Below, in pieces: positions 35,933 through 45,279 of a DNA stretch of 64,000 nt. A program made the position numbers and the translations under genes. Under the pieces are notes generated by a model. It was given only the letters and a program-made list of their open reading frames with translations, made no database searches and was not told the origin of the DNA. The stretch is taken from contig OY968762.1 of assembly GCA_963695225.1 (NCBI GenBank), positions 896,001 to 960,000 of the forward strand, in the 5' to 3' direction. Numbering within the stretch: position 1 is the stretch's first letter; every line of letters begins with the position of its first letter. This DNA is from Vulcanimicrobiota bacterium (GTDB lineage Bacteria > Vulcanimicrobiota > Vulcanimicrobiia > Vulcanimicrobiales > Vulcanimicrobiaceae).

Positions 35933-36015
35933 CGTGACGAGGCTCCGTTCGCGGTGCATTTGAGAACGCCCCGCACCCCCGCCAGCAGAGCGGAAGGACC
36001 GAGGCCTCGTTGCCT
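35933..36015 (-). promoter_or_regulatory. Structured leader of the purB-purP operon with an SD-sequestering stem (candidate cis-regulatory RNA)
   Basis: ACGAGGC/GCCTCGT outer stem, TCCG/CGGA and GGTGC/GCACC inner stems; the GGAG SD is paired. Confidence 0.35.
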
Positions 36016-37008
36016 CTACTCCTCGGCCGATCCTCCCGCGGCGCGCTTTGGGAGCGCGAGCGCCGTGATCGACTCGACGACCTGGCGCGGATCCTCCGCG
36101 CGCCCCGTCACGATCGCTTCGAAGCCGCGGACGGCGCGCTCGAAACCGGCCCGGGCGCGTTTCGCACCCAGGCGCCGGGCGATCGGACGCAACGTACGCT
36201 CGCGCCAGCGCAGGCGGGCCGGAAGCTCGCCGCCGGGCCGTGCCAGCTCCCAGAGCGCCTGGTATTCGACGGCCAGCGCGGAGAGCAGCGGTATCCCCGC
36301 CCCGCGATCGCTCGCGAACAGCTCGTATGCGATCGCGAGCGCGTCCGAGGCGCGCCCTTCGACGAGCGCGCTCGCGAACTGATACGCTTTCGCATCGGTC
36401 GTGACGAGGCTCTCGCGGAGCAGATCGTCGAGCGTGATCCGCTTCCCGCCGATCGCGAGCTTCTCGAGGTCGGTCCGCACCGCCGCAAGGTCCGCGTCGC
36501 CGCGCGCGAGCGTTGCGACGACCGCGGGCTCCGCGCTCGCGCCGAGCGCGGCGAGCACTTCGCGGACGAAGGCGGCGCGCACGTCCTCGTTCGCGCTCGT
36601 ATCGATGCGCAGGGCGGCGCGCCCCGCGAGCTGCCCGAACGTCTCGGGCTTCGTCTTTTTCGTGGGCGGCTGCAGATCTTCGATCGCGAGCACGTTTCCC
36701 TCCGGGACGCGTTGCGCGATCTCCCAGAGCGTGCGCCGCTCGGCGACGCGCAGATCGTGCGCGCCGCGCACGATGACGACTCGCGTGCTCGCGAGGAACG
36801 GAAACGACGAGATGGCGGCTTCGATGCGCCCGAGCGCTTCCGGTCCATTCGCGTCGATGCGTTCGAGATTGAGCGCGCGTTCGTCGGGTGCGAGCAGGCG
36901 TTCCTCGAGGACGGCGAGCGCTCGATCGGCCAAGAGACGCTCCGTCCCCTCGACGATGACGAGCTTCGGGATCGCCGGCTGCGCCGCGACGAAATCGTAA
37001 TACTTCAG
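36016..37008 (-). CDS. holA: DNA polymerase III subunit delta (probable CTG start)
   Basis: LVIVEGTE.LL, FPFLASTRVVIV, DLEKL. The frame is open to CTG 37008, which overlaps the mtnA stop. Confidence 0.85.
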   Translation of the reverse strand: MKYYDFVAAQPAIPKLVIVEGTERLLADRALAVLEERLLAPDERALNLERIDANGPEALGRIEAAISSFPFLASTRVVIVRGAHDLRVAERRTLWEIAQRVPEGNVLAIEDLQPPTKKTKPETFGQLAGRAALRIDTSANEDVRAAFVREVLAALGASAEPAVVATLARGDADLAAVRTDLEKLAIGGKRITLDDLLRESLVTTDAKAYQFASALVEGRASDALAIAYELFASDRGAGIPLLSALAVEYQALWELARPGGELPARLRWRERTLRPIARRLGAKRARAGFERAVRGFEAIVTGRAEDPRQVVESITALALPKRAAGGSAEE

Positions 37009-38042
37009 CGGACGCCCTCGAGCCCGGCGCCGAACGCCGTGCGCGTTTCGAGTTCCGGCAGCGAGACTTCGTAGGGCGCGCGCGCGACGCCGTACTCCGT
37101 GATGATCCCGGCGATCAGGCGCCCCGGCGTAACGTCGAAGGCGGGGTTGTACGCATCGGACCCCGGCGGCGCCGTCGGCGTTCCCCCGAACGCGCGGACT
37201 TCGTCCGCGGCGCGCTCTTCGATCACGATCCCCTCGCCGCCGCTCAAGGAGAAGTCGATCGTCGAACGCGGCGCCGCGACGTAGAACGGGATCCCGTGGA
37301 ACGCGGCGGCGATGGCGACGCCGTACGTGCCGATCTTGTTCGCCGTATCGCCGTTCCGCGCGATACGGTCGGCGCCGACGATCGCGCAGACGATGTTCTT
37401 GCGCTGCATCGCGATGGCGGCCGCCCCGTCGACGAGCAGCGTCGCGGGAATCCCCGCCTCGGCCAGCTCGACCATCGTCAGGCGCGAGCCCTGCAGCAGC
37501 GGACGCGTCTCGTCCGCGTAGACGTGCAGGCGCTTTCCCGCGCGATGCGCCGCGATGATGACGCCGAGCGCCGTCCCGCCGCCCGCGGTCGCGAGCGGCC
37601 CCGTGTTGCAGTGCGTGAGGATGCCGCCGGATTGCGGGATCACGGCAGCGCCGTGCTCGCCGATCGCCCGGTCGACGGCCCGCTGCTCCTCGTGAATCGC
37701 GAGCGCTTCCTCCTTATGACGGCCTGCCGGCGCGGCGAGGACGCGGTCGACGGCCCAGGCCAGGTTCACCGCCGTCGGACGCGCTTCGCGGATGCGCAGC
37801 GCCGCCGCGCGGAACGCCTCCTGATCGGGATAGAGGTCGCGCGCGAGCGCCACCCCGTACGCGCCGAAGACGCCGATGCACGGCGCGCCGCGGACCGCGA
37901 GCGTGCGGATCGCCTCGACGACCTCGTCGACGCTCGCGGCCCGCGCGACGACGCGCTCGAGCGGGAGGCGCCGCTGGTCGACGTACAGGATCGCATCGCC
38001 GTCGTACGCGACGGCCTCGAAATCATGCCCGGATGGCTGCAT
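37005..38042 (-). CDS. mtnA: Methylthioribose-1-phosphate isomerase
   Basis: DQRRLP, VRGAP, RPTAVNL, THCNTG, DETRPLLQG, NKIGTY, NPAFDVTP. Confidence 0.96.
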   Translation of the reverse strand: MQPSGHDFEAVAYDGDAILYVDQRRLPLERVVARAASVDEVVEAIRTLAVRGAPCIGVFGAYGVALARDLYPDQEAFRAAALRIREARPTAVNLAWAVDRVLAAPAGRHKEEALAIHEEQRAVDRAIGEHGAAVIPQSGGILTHCNTGPLATAGGGTALGVIIAAHRAGKRLHVYADETRPLLQGSRLTMVELAEAGIPATLLVDGAAAIAMQRKNIVCAIVGADRIARNGDTANKIGTYGVAIAAAFHGIPFYVAAPRSTIDFSLSGGEGIVIEERAADEVRAFGGTPTAPPGSDAYNPAFDVTPGRLIAGIITEYGVARAPYEVSLPELETRTAFGAGLEGVR

Positions 38043-38121
38043 GCCGGGCGCTTCGCGGCCGGAAATGGGCAACCCGCTCCGGCGGTGAACCGGATTCCGT
38101 CCGCCTCCCCGGGAGATTATC

Positions 38122-39453
38122 ATGCAGGCCGCTACAACCGACCTCCACGCGCTGCACCGCCGCCACGTCTTCACGCCGTGGTCCGTGCAAGGGAAGCTCG
38201 ACCCGCCCGCGATCGAACGCGGGGAAGGCGTCTTCCTCTACGACGATGCCGGGAAACGGTATCTCGATCTCTCGTCGGGGCTGGTCTGCGTCAACCTCGG
38301 GCACGGCAACCGCACGGTTGCCGACGCGATCGCGGAGCAAGCGCGCCGCCTGTGCTTCGCGGCGCCGAGCTTCTTCAACAACGCGCGGGCCGAGCTCGCG
38401 GCCGCGCTTTCGGAGCTCTCGCCCTGGAGCGAGGGCTGCCGCGCGTTCTTCACGACCGGGGGCGCCGAGGCGAACGAGGACGCGATCAAGGTCGCGCGGA
38501 CGCTGACGGGGCGCCCGAAGATCCTGACCGCGTACCGCTCCTTCCACGGTTCCGGCGCCGGCGCGAGCACGCTGACCGGCGAGAACCGGCGCTGGTATGC
38601 GGAGCCCGGAATCCCGAACGTCGTGCACTTCATCGGGCCGAACCCCTACCGCAGCCCGTTCCACGCCCAGGACCCGGCCGAGGAGGCGCGTCGCGCGCTC
38701 GAGCACCTCGAATTCATCCTGAACTACGAGAACCCGCAGAAGGTCGCCGCGATCCTGATCGAAACGGTCGTCGGCTCGAACGGCGTCATCGTCGCGCCGC
38801 CGGGTTACCTCGCGGGCGTTCGCGCGCTCTGCGATACACACGGGATCCTGCTGATCATGGACGAGGTCATGACCGGCTTCGGGCGCATCGGCGCGCCGTT
38901 CGGCTGCCTGCGCTTCGACGTCGTGCCGGATATGATCACGTTCGCGAAGGGCGTGACCTCGGCGTACGTTCCGCTCGGCGGCCTGCTGCTGCGCGAATCG
39001 CTCGCCTCGCGGTACGATACCGAAGTCTTCGGCGGCGGCCACACGTATTCGGGGCATCCGCTCGCCGTTGCGGCGGGCCGCGCGGCGCTCCGCGCCTACG
39101 CGGACGGCGCTCTGTTCGAGCGAGCGCGCGAAATCGAAACCTGGCTGCGCGCGGGTTTGGAAGAGATCGCGGCGCGCTCGAGCACGCTCGGCGACGTGCG
39201 CGGCATCGGCGCGTTCTTCGCGCTGGAGTTCGTCCGCGACAAGAAGACGCGCGAACCGCTCGTCCCTTGGCAGGGCGCCGGGATGGGCCCGCTCGCCGCG
39301 TTCTACGCGAACCTGCTGCGGCGCGGCGTCTACGCCTTCGGCCGCTACAACGTGACCGTGATCTCGCCGCCGCTGACGATCGAGCGCGAGGAACTCGCGC
39401 TCGCGTTCGAAGCGCTCTCGGAGTCCGTCGCAGAACTCGAACGGGGCCTCTAG
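38122..39453 (+). CDS. Class III PLP-dependent aminotransferase
   Basis: YLDLSSGL, GAEANEDAIK, DEVMTGFGR, TFAKG, GHTYSGHP. Confidence 0.92.
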   Translation: MQAATTDLHALHRRHVFTPWSVQGKLDPPAIERGEGVFLYDDAGKRYLDLSSGLVCVNLGHGNRTVADAIAEQARRLCFAAPSFFNNARAELAAALSELSPWSEGCRAFFTTGGAEANEDAIKVARTLTGRPKILTAYRSFHGSGAGASTLTGENRRWYAEPGIPNVVHFIGPNPYRSPFHAQDPAEEARRALEHLEFILNYENPQKVAAILIETVVGSNGVIVAPPGYLAGVRALCDTHGILLIMDEVMTGFGRIGAPFGCLRFDVVPDMITFAKGVTSAYVPLGGLLLRESLASRYDTEVFGGGHTYSGHPLAVAAGRAALRAYADGALFERAREIETWLRAGLEEIAARSSTLGDVRGIGAFFALEFVRDKKTREPLVPWQGAGMGPLAAFYANLLRRGVYAFGRYNVTVISPPLTIEREELALAFEALSESVAELERGL

Positions 39454-39475
39454 CGCCGCGGCCCCGGCTCCGTCC

Positions 39476-40240
39476 TCAGCCCTTCAGTTCCTCGGCGTCG
39501 CGCGCGGCGTCCGGGGGTTCCCCGCCCGGCAGCCCGGCCTGCCGGAGGAGCCTCCGAAGTTCTCGGATTCCCGCTTCCCGGCCGGCCGGTACGCGGACGG
39601 TCGAAAGCCCTTCGATGCCCGCGACGAACGAGTCCGGGGAGCCCGGCGCCGGCGCGTAGAGCGCATTCGTCACGTCCGCAAACGCGAGCCTAGCGTCCGT
39701 CACGTCCGCGCCGAGCAGGTTCGCATCGCTCAAGTCCGCCACGCGCAGATCCGTCTCGCGCAGATTCGCGTCGTGCAAATCGGCGGCGCTCAGGTTCGCG
39801 CCGAGCAAGTTTGCGCGCCGCAGATTCGCACCGCCGAAGATCGCTCCACGCAGGTCGGCGTCGCGCAGGTCCGCGTCGCAGAGCACCGCCTCCCCGAAAT
39901 CCGCGTTGCTGCAGAGCGACTCGCGGAGGTCCGCACCGCTCAGGTTCGCACCGCGCAGATCGGCTTCGAGCAAGATCGCACCGCGCAGATCTGCGCCGGT
40001 AAGGTCCGCGCCGAGCAGGTCGGCACGCTGCAGGTTCGCGGAGCGGAGATCGGCGCCGCGCAGAAACGCGCCGCTCAAATCCGCATCGCCGAGGTTCGCC
40101 TGCCCCGCTCCGCTCCGATGCACGAGCCAAGCGCTATTCCGCTCGACGATCTCCTGGAGCTCGCGAGCCGCAGGCTTCCACTTCAGGCTCATGTCGACCC
40201 AAGCAAAACGATGCAATGCCCTACCAGGTAGAGTATTCAT
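39476..40240 (-). CDS. Pentapeptide repeat protein
   Basis: Long run of A(D/N)Lxx pentapeptides. Confidence 0.88.
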   Translation of the reverse strand: MNTLPGRALHRFAWVDMSLKWKPAARELQEIVERNSAWLVHRSGAGQANLGDADLSGAFLRGADLRSANLQRADLLGADLTGADLRGAILLEADLRGANLSGADLRESLCSNADFGEAVLCDADLRDADLRGAIFGGANLRRANLLGANLSAADLHDANLRETDLRVADLSDANLLGADVTDARLAFADVTNALYAPAPGSPDSFVAGIEGLSTVRVPAGREAGIRELRRLLRQAGLPGGEPPDAARDAEELKG

Positions 40241-40529
40241 CGAGCGCTGCCCCCTCCGCTCGCCACGGCAAGCTCCCGCAAACGGCGTTTAGCGACGTCT
40301 ACGGGGATTATATCCCCGCGCCGGGACCGATGCTACGAGAAAAGGCGGCCCCGACACGGCGCATTCCTCGAAGAAGTGGGCACTTAAGAGTGCGTCGGCT
40401 CCGGAGAGGCTGGCCGGACCCCAGCCTCACGGAGCCGGCCACCGCTAGACGAGCAGCCATTCCGACACGGCTTCAAGGCGCAGGAGGCCAATCGCGGAAC
40501 TTTCGTGTGCATTTTAGTACACGACGCAG

Positions 40530-40740
40530 CACCATTGCCTGCCTAGTCGCGGCGGCGTCTTCGAAGAACTCTGCGTTGGTGAGAGCTCGTGTGGCGCCTG
40601 CTGGGAATCAGAGCGGCGAGCATCGACCGCCTGCTGCGCCAACGGCGCAGCCCATGTCACCGAGAAACGCCGACGCAGTTGCGGAATCGGCGTCGCCATC
40701 CGTCGCACCGTCCCGATCCGCACCTTCAGCTACTGCCGGC
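40530..40740 (+). pseudogene. Degraded transposase fragment (rve integrase-type, ISNCY/IS481-like)
   Basis: LLGIRAASIDRLL, then after a +1 frameshift KRRRSCGIGVAIRRTVPIRTFSY; matches recalled SAATIDRLL...RRSVPIRTF motifs. Confidence 0.65.
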
Positions 40741-41019
40741 AAGGGTAGGCGTCGCTGCCACCCCAACCCCGGATCGGGCCCCCTAGTTCGGCTCTGCTGG
40801 CGCTAACACTTAGTGTAAAGCGAATACGAAATACCGGCAGGGCGTCTTCGCTAGCGTCGGCCTACTCATACGAGTAGTGCACGGCGCAGTTTCCCTGCAA
40901 GCGGGAACTGAGCAAATAGGTTGCATCTGGGGCGGCGATTCTTGGAACTTCGTCACTTCAGGCGATCTGGTCTTGGGTTACACGACCACGCCCTTATTGT
41001 GTTCTGCACTGGAGGACTC

Positions 41020-44000
41020 ATGGGACTGCGGGCTTATTGTCGCCTCGCCGGTTTTTCGCTTCTATTTGGCCTCGCATCGCTCTTCGCCGGCTGCGGCGGC
41101 GGTGGCGGATCGGCAACGAGCATCATACCCCAGACACCCCCATCCGGTGCAGCGCCGACAGCCCCCCCGACAACGAGTTCAGTGACGGTCGCACCAATCC
41201 CGGGTTCAACGCCGGCGAATGTCCTCAACGTCTCGCCGATCACCGAGCAGACCCCCAATCCTACATCTTCGACGGCACAGTTCACGTATTCCACAACCGC
41301 GTCGAGTGTTGTGGGAACGATTGACACCGGACGGGCCTTCGGTTGGACGGCTGTTGCACCGGGCTGGTTCTCGCTTCCAGGCGCACAGATTGGACCGCTC
41401 TCTACCGCAGTGCAGATGGTCTTCATGACGCCGGGTGTATTCACGGGCGACGTGACTCAGCAGCGGACGGAACTGTCAATCCTCGCGACGCTTCCGGAAG
41501 TCTCACTTCTTGCCTCTGCTCTTAGCAGCAACGCCGGCTTAAACGATCCCTTGAGCTCGCCGGCAGTAAAGAGCGCCTACCAACAAGCGGTGGCAGCTGC
41601 TCTTTCAAGCACGTCCACGGTCACTGCTACGCGTCGTCTTTCGAACAGGCTCTCGCCGGCGCTTCTCGGAACTAGCCAGTCAGTAGTTAGGCGTGGGCCG
41701 CTGAGCATTTCAGTCGCCGCGACGCAGCTGGACGCTACAAGCGCGACGTTCGCAATTACGAATAATGACTCCAATGGCATCGTTCTGACCGCAGAGTGGC
41801 AGTCCAGCCAGTACGAAGCCGCGCAGGGCCTATATTGGATAGGGGCGCTTTACAAGGTGAACGCTCAGGCGTACAGCAACCAGGCTTCGCTCGTTAATGC
41901 GTTCAACACGAACCCGTGGCTCATCCCAACCTTGTCGCAGAGCGCTCCGATCGGATACTTGGTGCTACCGCCAGCTGCAAGCTTCTGGGACTACGCGGAC
42001 GTGCAGGGCCAACTCGCACAGGCGTTAACCGACGCAGTCTCGCCTGGCGACACTGAGACCGCGCCCGCATTCGTAGTGTCCTCCACAACAGACGCTGTAT
42101 ACGTTGCGCACCTATACACGTGTGGCGTCGGCACACTGCACCCATCGAATGCACTTAACGATGCTACTCTCATTGCCAACTGGCCAGGCGCCGCTGGTCT
42201 CTGGGGCAAATCCTGCGCCCTGAACGGGATATCCGTCGGCCTAAACGTCCTGGACGGGATCGTAGGAGGGGGCGATTTCACGGATCTTCTTCCCGTTTCC
42301 CAAATCACGAGCATTGCGAGTACGATGTTCAACGGGGTCTCCCAATACAACATGTCGCAGAGTGCAAGCGGCCTAGAAACGTCGTTTGCATCCCAAGCGG
42401 GCATCGTGATTTCTAGCGGGCTGAACGTGATGATCAACAACGCCAAGACGAAGGGCGCATCGTATCTGTTTAGCTTCCTTGGAAAGGTCGCCGATCTCGG
42501 CGCTGATGTTGCAGCCGCCGGCAACCTAGGGAACACCCTTGGAACGAGCATCGTCACGGAGCCGTGGCAAGGCAGCTATCTGGTCGTCGGGAATCCGTGG
42601 CCGGTTACAACTCCGCCAAACTCGTTGAGCTTTACGCTCCTGCCGCCCACTTCGCTCTCGACATCCGTAGTCGGCTACCAGCCCACGCTCAACGCGTCCG
42701 GATCCGGGTTCAACAACGTGAATGCCATCACGTGGAAGCAAGTCATGAACGGCACCGTCCTCTCCAACAAGACGTGGACTAAGGGAGACGCGGATTGGAA
42801 CTCACGAGTCACAATCACCAACGACAGCTCCATAGCGCTCACGCCGCAGCTGACTGCGACCGGCGACCCAGCTGGCCTCAGCACCTGGACCGTCACGCTG
42901 ACGAATACCAGCAACGCCCAACAATCGCAGACCTTCACGCTGAACTACACGCCGGCGGCGCCGCCGCCAACCTCGTTGACCTTTACCTCCTTGTCCCCGC
43001 CCTCACCGCTCACAACGTCGGTCGTCGGCTACCAGCCTTCGATGATTGCCTCCGGATCAGGGTTCAACAACGTGAATGCCATCACGTGGAAGCAAGTCAT
43101 GAACGGCACCGTCCTCCTCAACAAGACGTGGACTAAGGGAGACGCGGATTGGAACGCAAAAGTCACAGTCACCAACGACAGCTCCATGACGCTCGCGCCG
43201 CAGCTGACTGCGAACGGTGACCCGGCTGGCATCAGTACTTGGAGCGTCACGCTGACGAATACCAGCAACGCCCAACAATCGCAGACCTTCACGCTGAACT
43301 ACACGCCGGCGTCGCCGCCGCCAACCTCGTTGAGCTTTACCTCCTTGTCCCCGCCCTCACCGCTCACAACGTCGGTCGTCGGCTACCAGCCTTCGATGAT
43401 TGCCTCCGGATCAGGGTTCAACAACGTGAATGCCATCACGTGGAAGCAAGTCATGAACGGCACCGTCCTCCTCAACAAGACGTGGACTAAGGGAGACGCC
43501 GATTGGAACGCAAAAGTCACAGTCACCAACGACAGCTCCATGACGCTCGCGCCGCAACTGACTGCGAACGGTGACCCGGCCGGCCTCAGTACTTGGACCG
43601 TCACGCTGACGAATACCAGCAACGCCCAACAATCGCAGACCTTCACGCTGAACTACACGCCGGCGTCGCCGCCGCCGACCTCGTTGAGCTTTACCTCCTT
43701 GTCCCCGCCCTCACCGCTCACAACGTCGGTCGTCGGCTACCAGCCTTCGATGATTGCCTCCGGATCAGGGTTCAACAACGTGAATGCCATCACGTGGAAG
43801 CAAGTCATGAACGGCACCGTCCTCCTCAACAAGACGTGGACTAAGGGAGACGCGGATTGGAACGCAAAAGTCACAGTCACCAACGACAGCTCTATGACGC
43901 TCGCGCCGCAACTGACTGCGAACGGTGACCCGCCTGGCCTCAGCACTTGGACCGTCACGCTGACGAATACCAGCAACGCGCAACAATCGCAGACCTTCAC

Positions 44001-44715
44001 GCTGAACTACACGCCGCCGGCCTCGTTGAGCTTTACCTCCCTGTCCCCGCCCTCACCGCTCACGACGTCGGTCGTCGGCTACCAGCCTTCGATGGTTGCC
44101 TCCGGATCAGGGTTCAACAACGTGAATGCCATCACGTGGAAGCAAGTCATGAACGGCACCGTCCTCCTCAACAAGACGTGGACTAAGGGAGACGCCGATT
44201 GGAACGCAAAAGTCACAGTCACCAACGACAGCTCCATGACGCTCGCGCCGCAACTGACTGCGAACGGTGACCCGGCCGGCCTCAGCACTTGGACCGTCAC
44301 GCTGACGAATACCAGCAACGCGCAACAATCGCAGACCTTCACGCTGAACTACACGCCGGCGACGCCGCCGCCGACCTCGTTGAGCTTTACCTCCTTGTCA
44401 CCGCCCTCACCGCTCACGACATCCGTAGTCGGCTACCAGCCCTCGATGATCGCCTCCGGATCCGGGTTCAACAACGTAACTCAGATCCGATTAGATCAAG
44501 TCGGTCCCGGGTCGGCGACTTTCAGTACGACTTGGTACAAGAACGACAGCAACTGGAACAGCAAAGTCACAATCACGAACGACAGTTCCATGACGCTCAG
44601 ACCAATCCTGACGGCATCAACAGATGCCGGAGGTTACAGCGCCTGGACAATCACACTAACTGATACAACAAACGCGCAGAAGTCGCAGTCGTTCGCACTG
44701 GATTACATTCACTAG
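41020..44715 (+). CDS. 1231-aa lipoprotein with six C-terminal beta-rich (Ig-like) tandem repeats, putative adhesin/surface protein
   Basis: GGAGG SD; lipobox LFAG-C followed by GGGGGS; S/T/P-rich linker; codon usage unlike host genes. Confidence 0.85.
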   Translation: MGLRAYCRLAGFSLLFGLASLFAGCGGGGGSATSIIPQTPPSGAAPTAPPTTSSVTVAPIPGSTPANVLNVSPITEQTPNPTSSTAQFTYSTTASSVVGTIDTGRAFGWTAVAPGWFSLPGAQIGPLSTAVQMVFMTPGVFTGDVTQQRTELSILATLPEVSLLASALSSNAGLNDPLSSPAVKSAYQQAVAAALSSTSTVTATRRLSNRLSPALLGTSQSVVRRGPLSISVAATQLDATSATFAITNNDSNGIVLTAEWQSSQYEAAQGLYWIGALYKVNAQAYSNQASLVNAFNTNPWLIPTLSQSAPIGYLVLPPAASFWDYADVQGQLAQALTDAVSPGDTETAPAFVVSSTTDAVYVAHLYTCGVGTLHPSNALNDATLIANWPGAAGLWGKSCALNGISVGLNVLDGIVGGGDFTDLLPVSQITSIASTMFNGVSQYNMSQSASGLETSFASQAGIVISSGLNVMINNAKTKGASYLFSFLGKVADLGADVAAAGNLGNTLGTSIVTEPWQGSYLVVGNPWPVTTPPNSLSFTLLPPTSLSTSVVGYQPTLNASGSGFNNVNAITWKQVMNGTVLSNKTWTKGDADWNSRVTITNDSSIALTPQLTATGDPAGLSTWTVTLTNTSNAQQSQTFTLNYTPAAPPPTSLTFTSLSPPSPLTTSVVGYQPSMIASGSGFNNVNAITWKQVMNGTVLLNKTWTKGDADWNAKVTVTNDSSMTLAPQLTANGDPAGISTWSVTLTNTSNAQQSQTFTLNYTPASPPPTSLSFTSLSPPSPLTTSVVGYQPSMIASGSGFNNVNAITWKQVMNGTVLLNKTWTKGDADWNAKVTVTNDSSMTLAPQLTANGDPAGLSTWTVTLTNTSNAQQSQTFTLNYTPASPPPTSLSFTSLSPPSPLTTSVVGYQPSMIASGSGFNNVNAITWKQVMNGTVLLNKTWTKGDADWNAKVTVTNDSSMTLAPQLTANGDPPGLSTWTVTLTNTSNAQQSQTFTLNYTPPASLSFTSLSPPSPLTTSVVGYQPSMVASGSGFNNVNAITWKQVMNGTVLLNKTWTKGDADWNAKVTVTNDSSMTLAPQLTANGDPAGLSTWTVTLTNTSNAQQSQTFTLNYTPATPPPTSLSFTSLSPPSPLTTSVVGYQPSMIASGSGFNNVTQIRLDQVGPGSATFSTTWYKNDSNWNSKVTITNDSSMTLRPILTASTDAGGYSAWTITLTDTTNAQKSQSFALDYIH
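42613..44712 (+). repeat. Six tandem intragenic repeats (spacing 354, 354, 354, 342, 354 bp), near-identical at DNA level
   Basis: The anchor GGCTACCAGC recurs at 42673, 43027, 43381, 43735, 44077 and 44431. Confidence 0.95.
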
Positions 44716-44817
44716 CACCGCAGCTACTAGTCTCGGTCGAGGAACTATCTGGCTCCGGAGGAGTGAGGAAAGATCCGAGCTTCTCCGGGGTCGGTCACTC
44801 GCAGAATCGATTGCCAG

Positions 44818-45279
44818 CTACACCAACAATAATACCGTCAAGGCGGCGATTGCGGCGTCGTAGCCTTTGTCGCCGCGGGCCGGGTCGGCGCGTTCCTCCG
44901 CCTGCGCGTACGTGTCGGTCGTCAGCACGCCGAAGCCGATCGGCGCGCCGAGCGCGAGTTGCACTTCCATGATCCCCCGCGAACACTCTCCCGCGACGTA
45001 GTCGAAGTGCGGCGTTTCGCCGCGCACGACGACGCCGAGCGCGACGACCGCGTCGAAGCCGCTCTCGATCAAACGTTGCGCGGCAAGCGGAAGCTCGTAG
45101 CAGCCCGGGACGTGGTAGATCGGGCGATCCTCAGGCGCGACGCCGCAGGCTTCGAGCGCGCGCGTCGCGCCGTCCTCGAGCCAATCGGCGAGCGTTCCGT
45201 AGAAACGGGCAGAGACGATCGCGACGCGCTTGCCCGCCGCCTGCGGCAGCGGCAGACCGCCGCGCTCCGAAGGCTTCAC
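44818..45279 (-). CDS. ribH: 6,7-dimethyl-8-ribityllumazine synthase
   Basis: VPGCYELP, GVVVRGETPHFDYV, FGVLTT, KGYDAA; GTGA coupling. Confidence 0.95.
   Translation of the reverse strand: MKPSERGGLPLPQAAGKRVAIVSARFYGTLADWLEDGATRALEACGVAPEDRPIYHVPGCYELPLAAQRLIESGFDAVVALGVVVRGETPHFDYVAGECSRGIMEVQLALGAPIGFGVLTTDTYAQAEERADPARGDKGYDAAIAALTVLLLV

Noticed and set aside
35933..36015. Canonical ZTP, purine or PRPP riboswitch
   Set aside because: The required conserved 3' elements are missing; kept only as an unclassified candidate.
39690..40110. 15-bp periodic DNA repeats
   Set aside because: Fully explained by the pentapeptide-repeat protein.
42613..44712. Tandem repeats as a CRISPR array or DGR template/variable repeats
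   Set aside because: The units are in-frame protein domains without spacers; differences are not adenine-specific; no cas or reverse transcriptase gene is present.
40398..44760. GGCTCCGGAG shared near both ends of the lipoprotein islet as a target duplication
   Set aside because: Only 10 bp of GC-rich sequence with no flanking similarity; could be chance.
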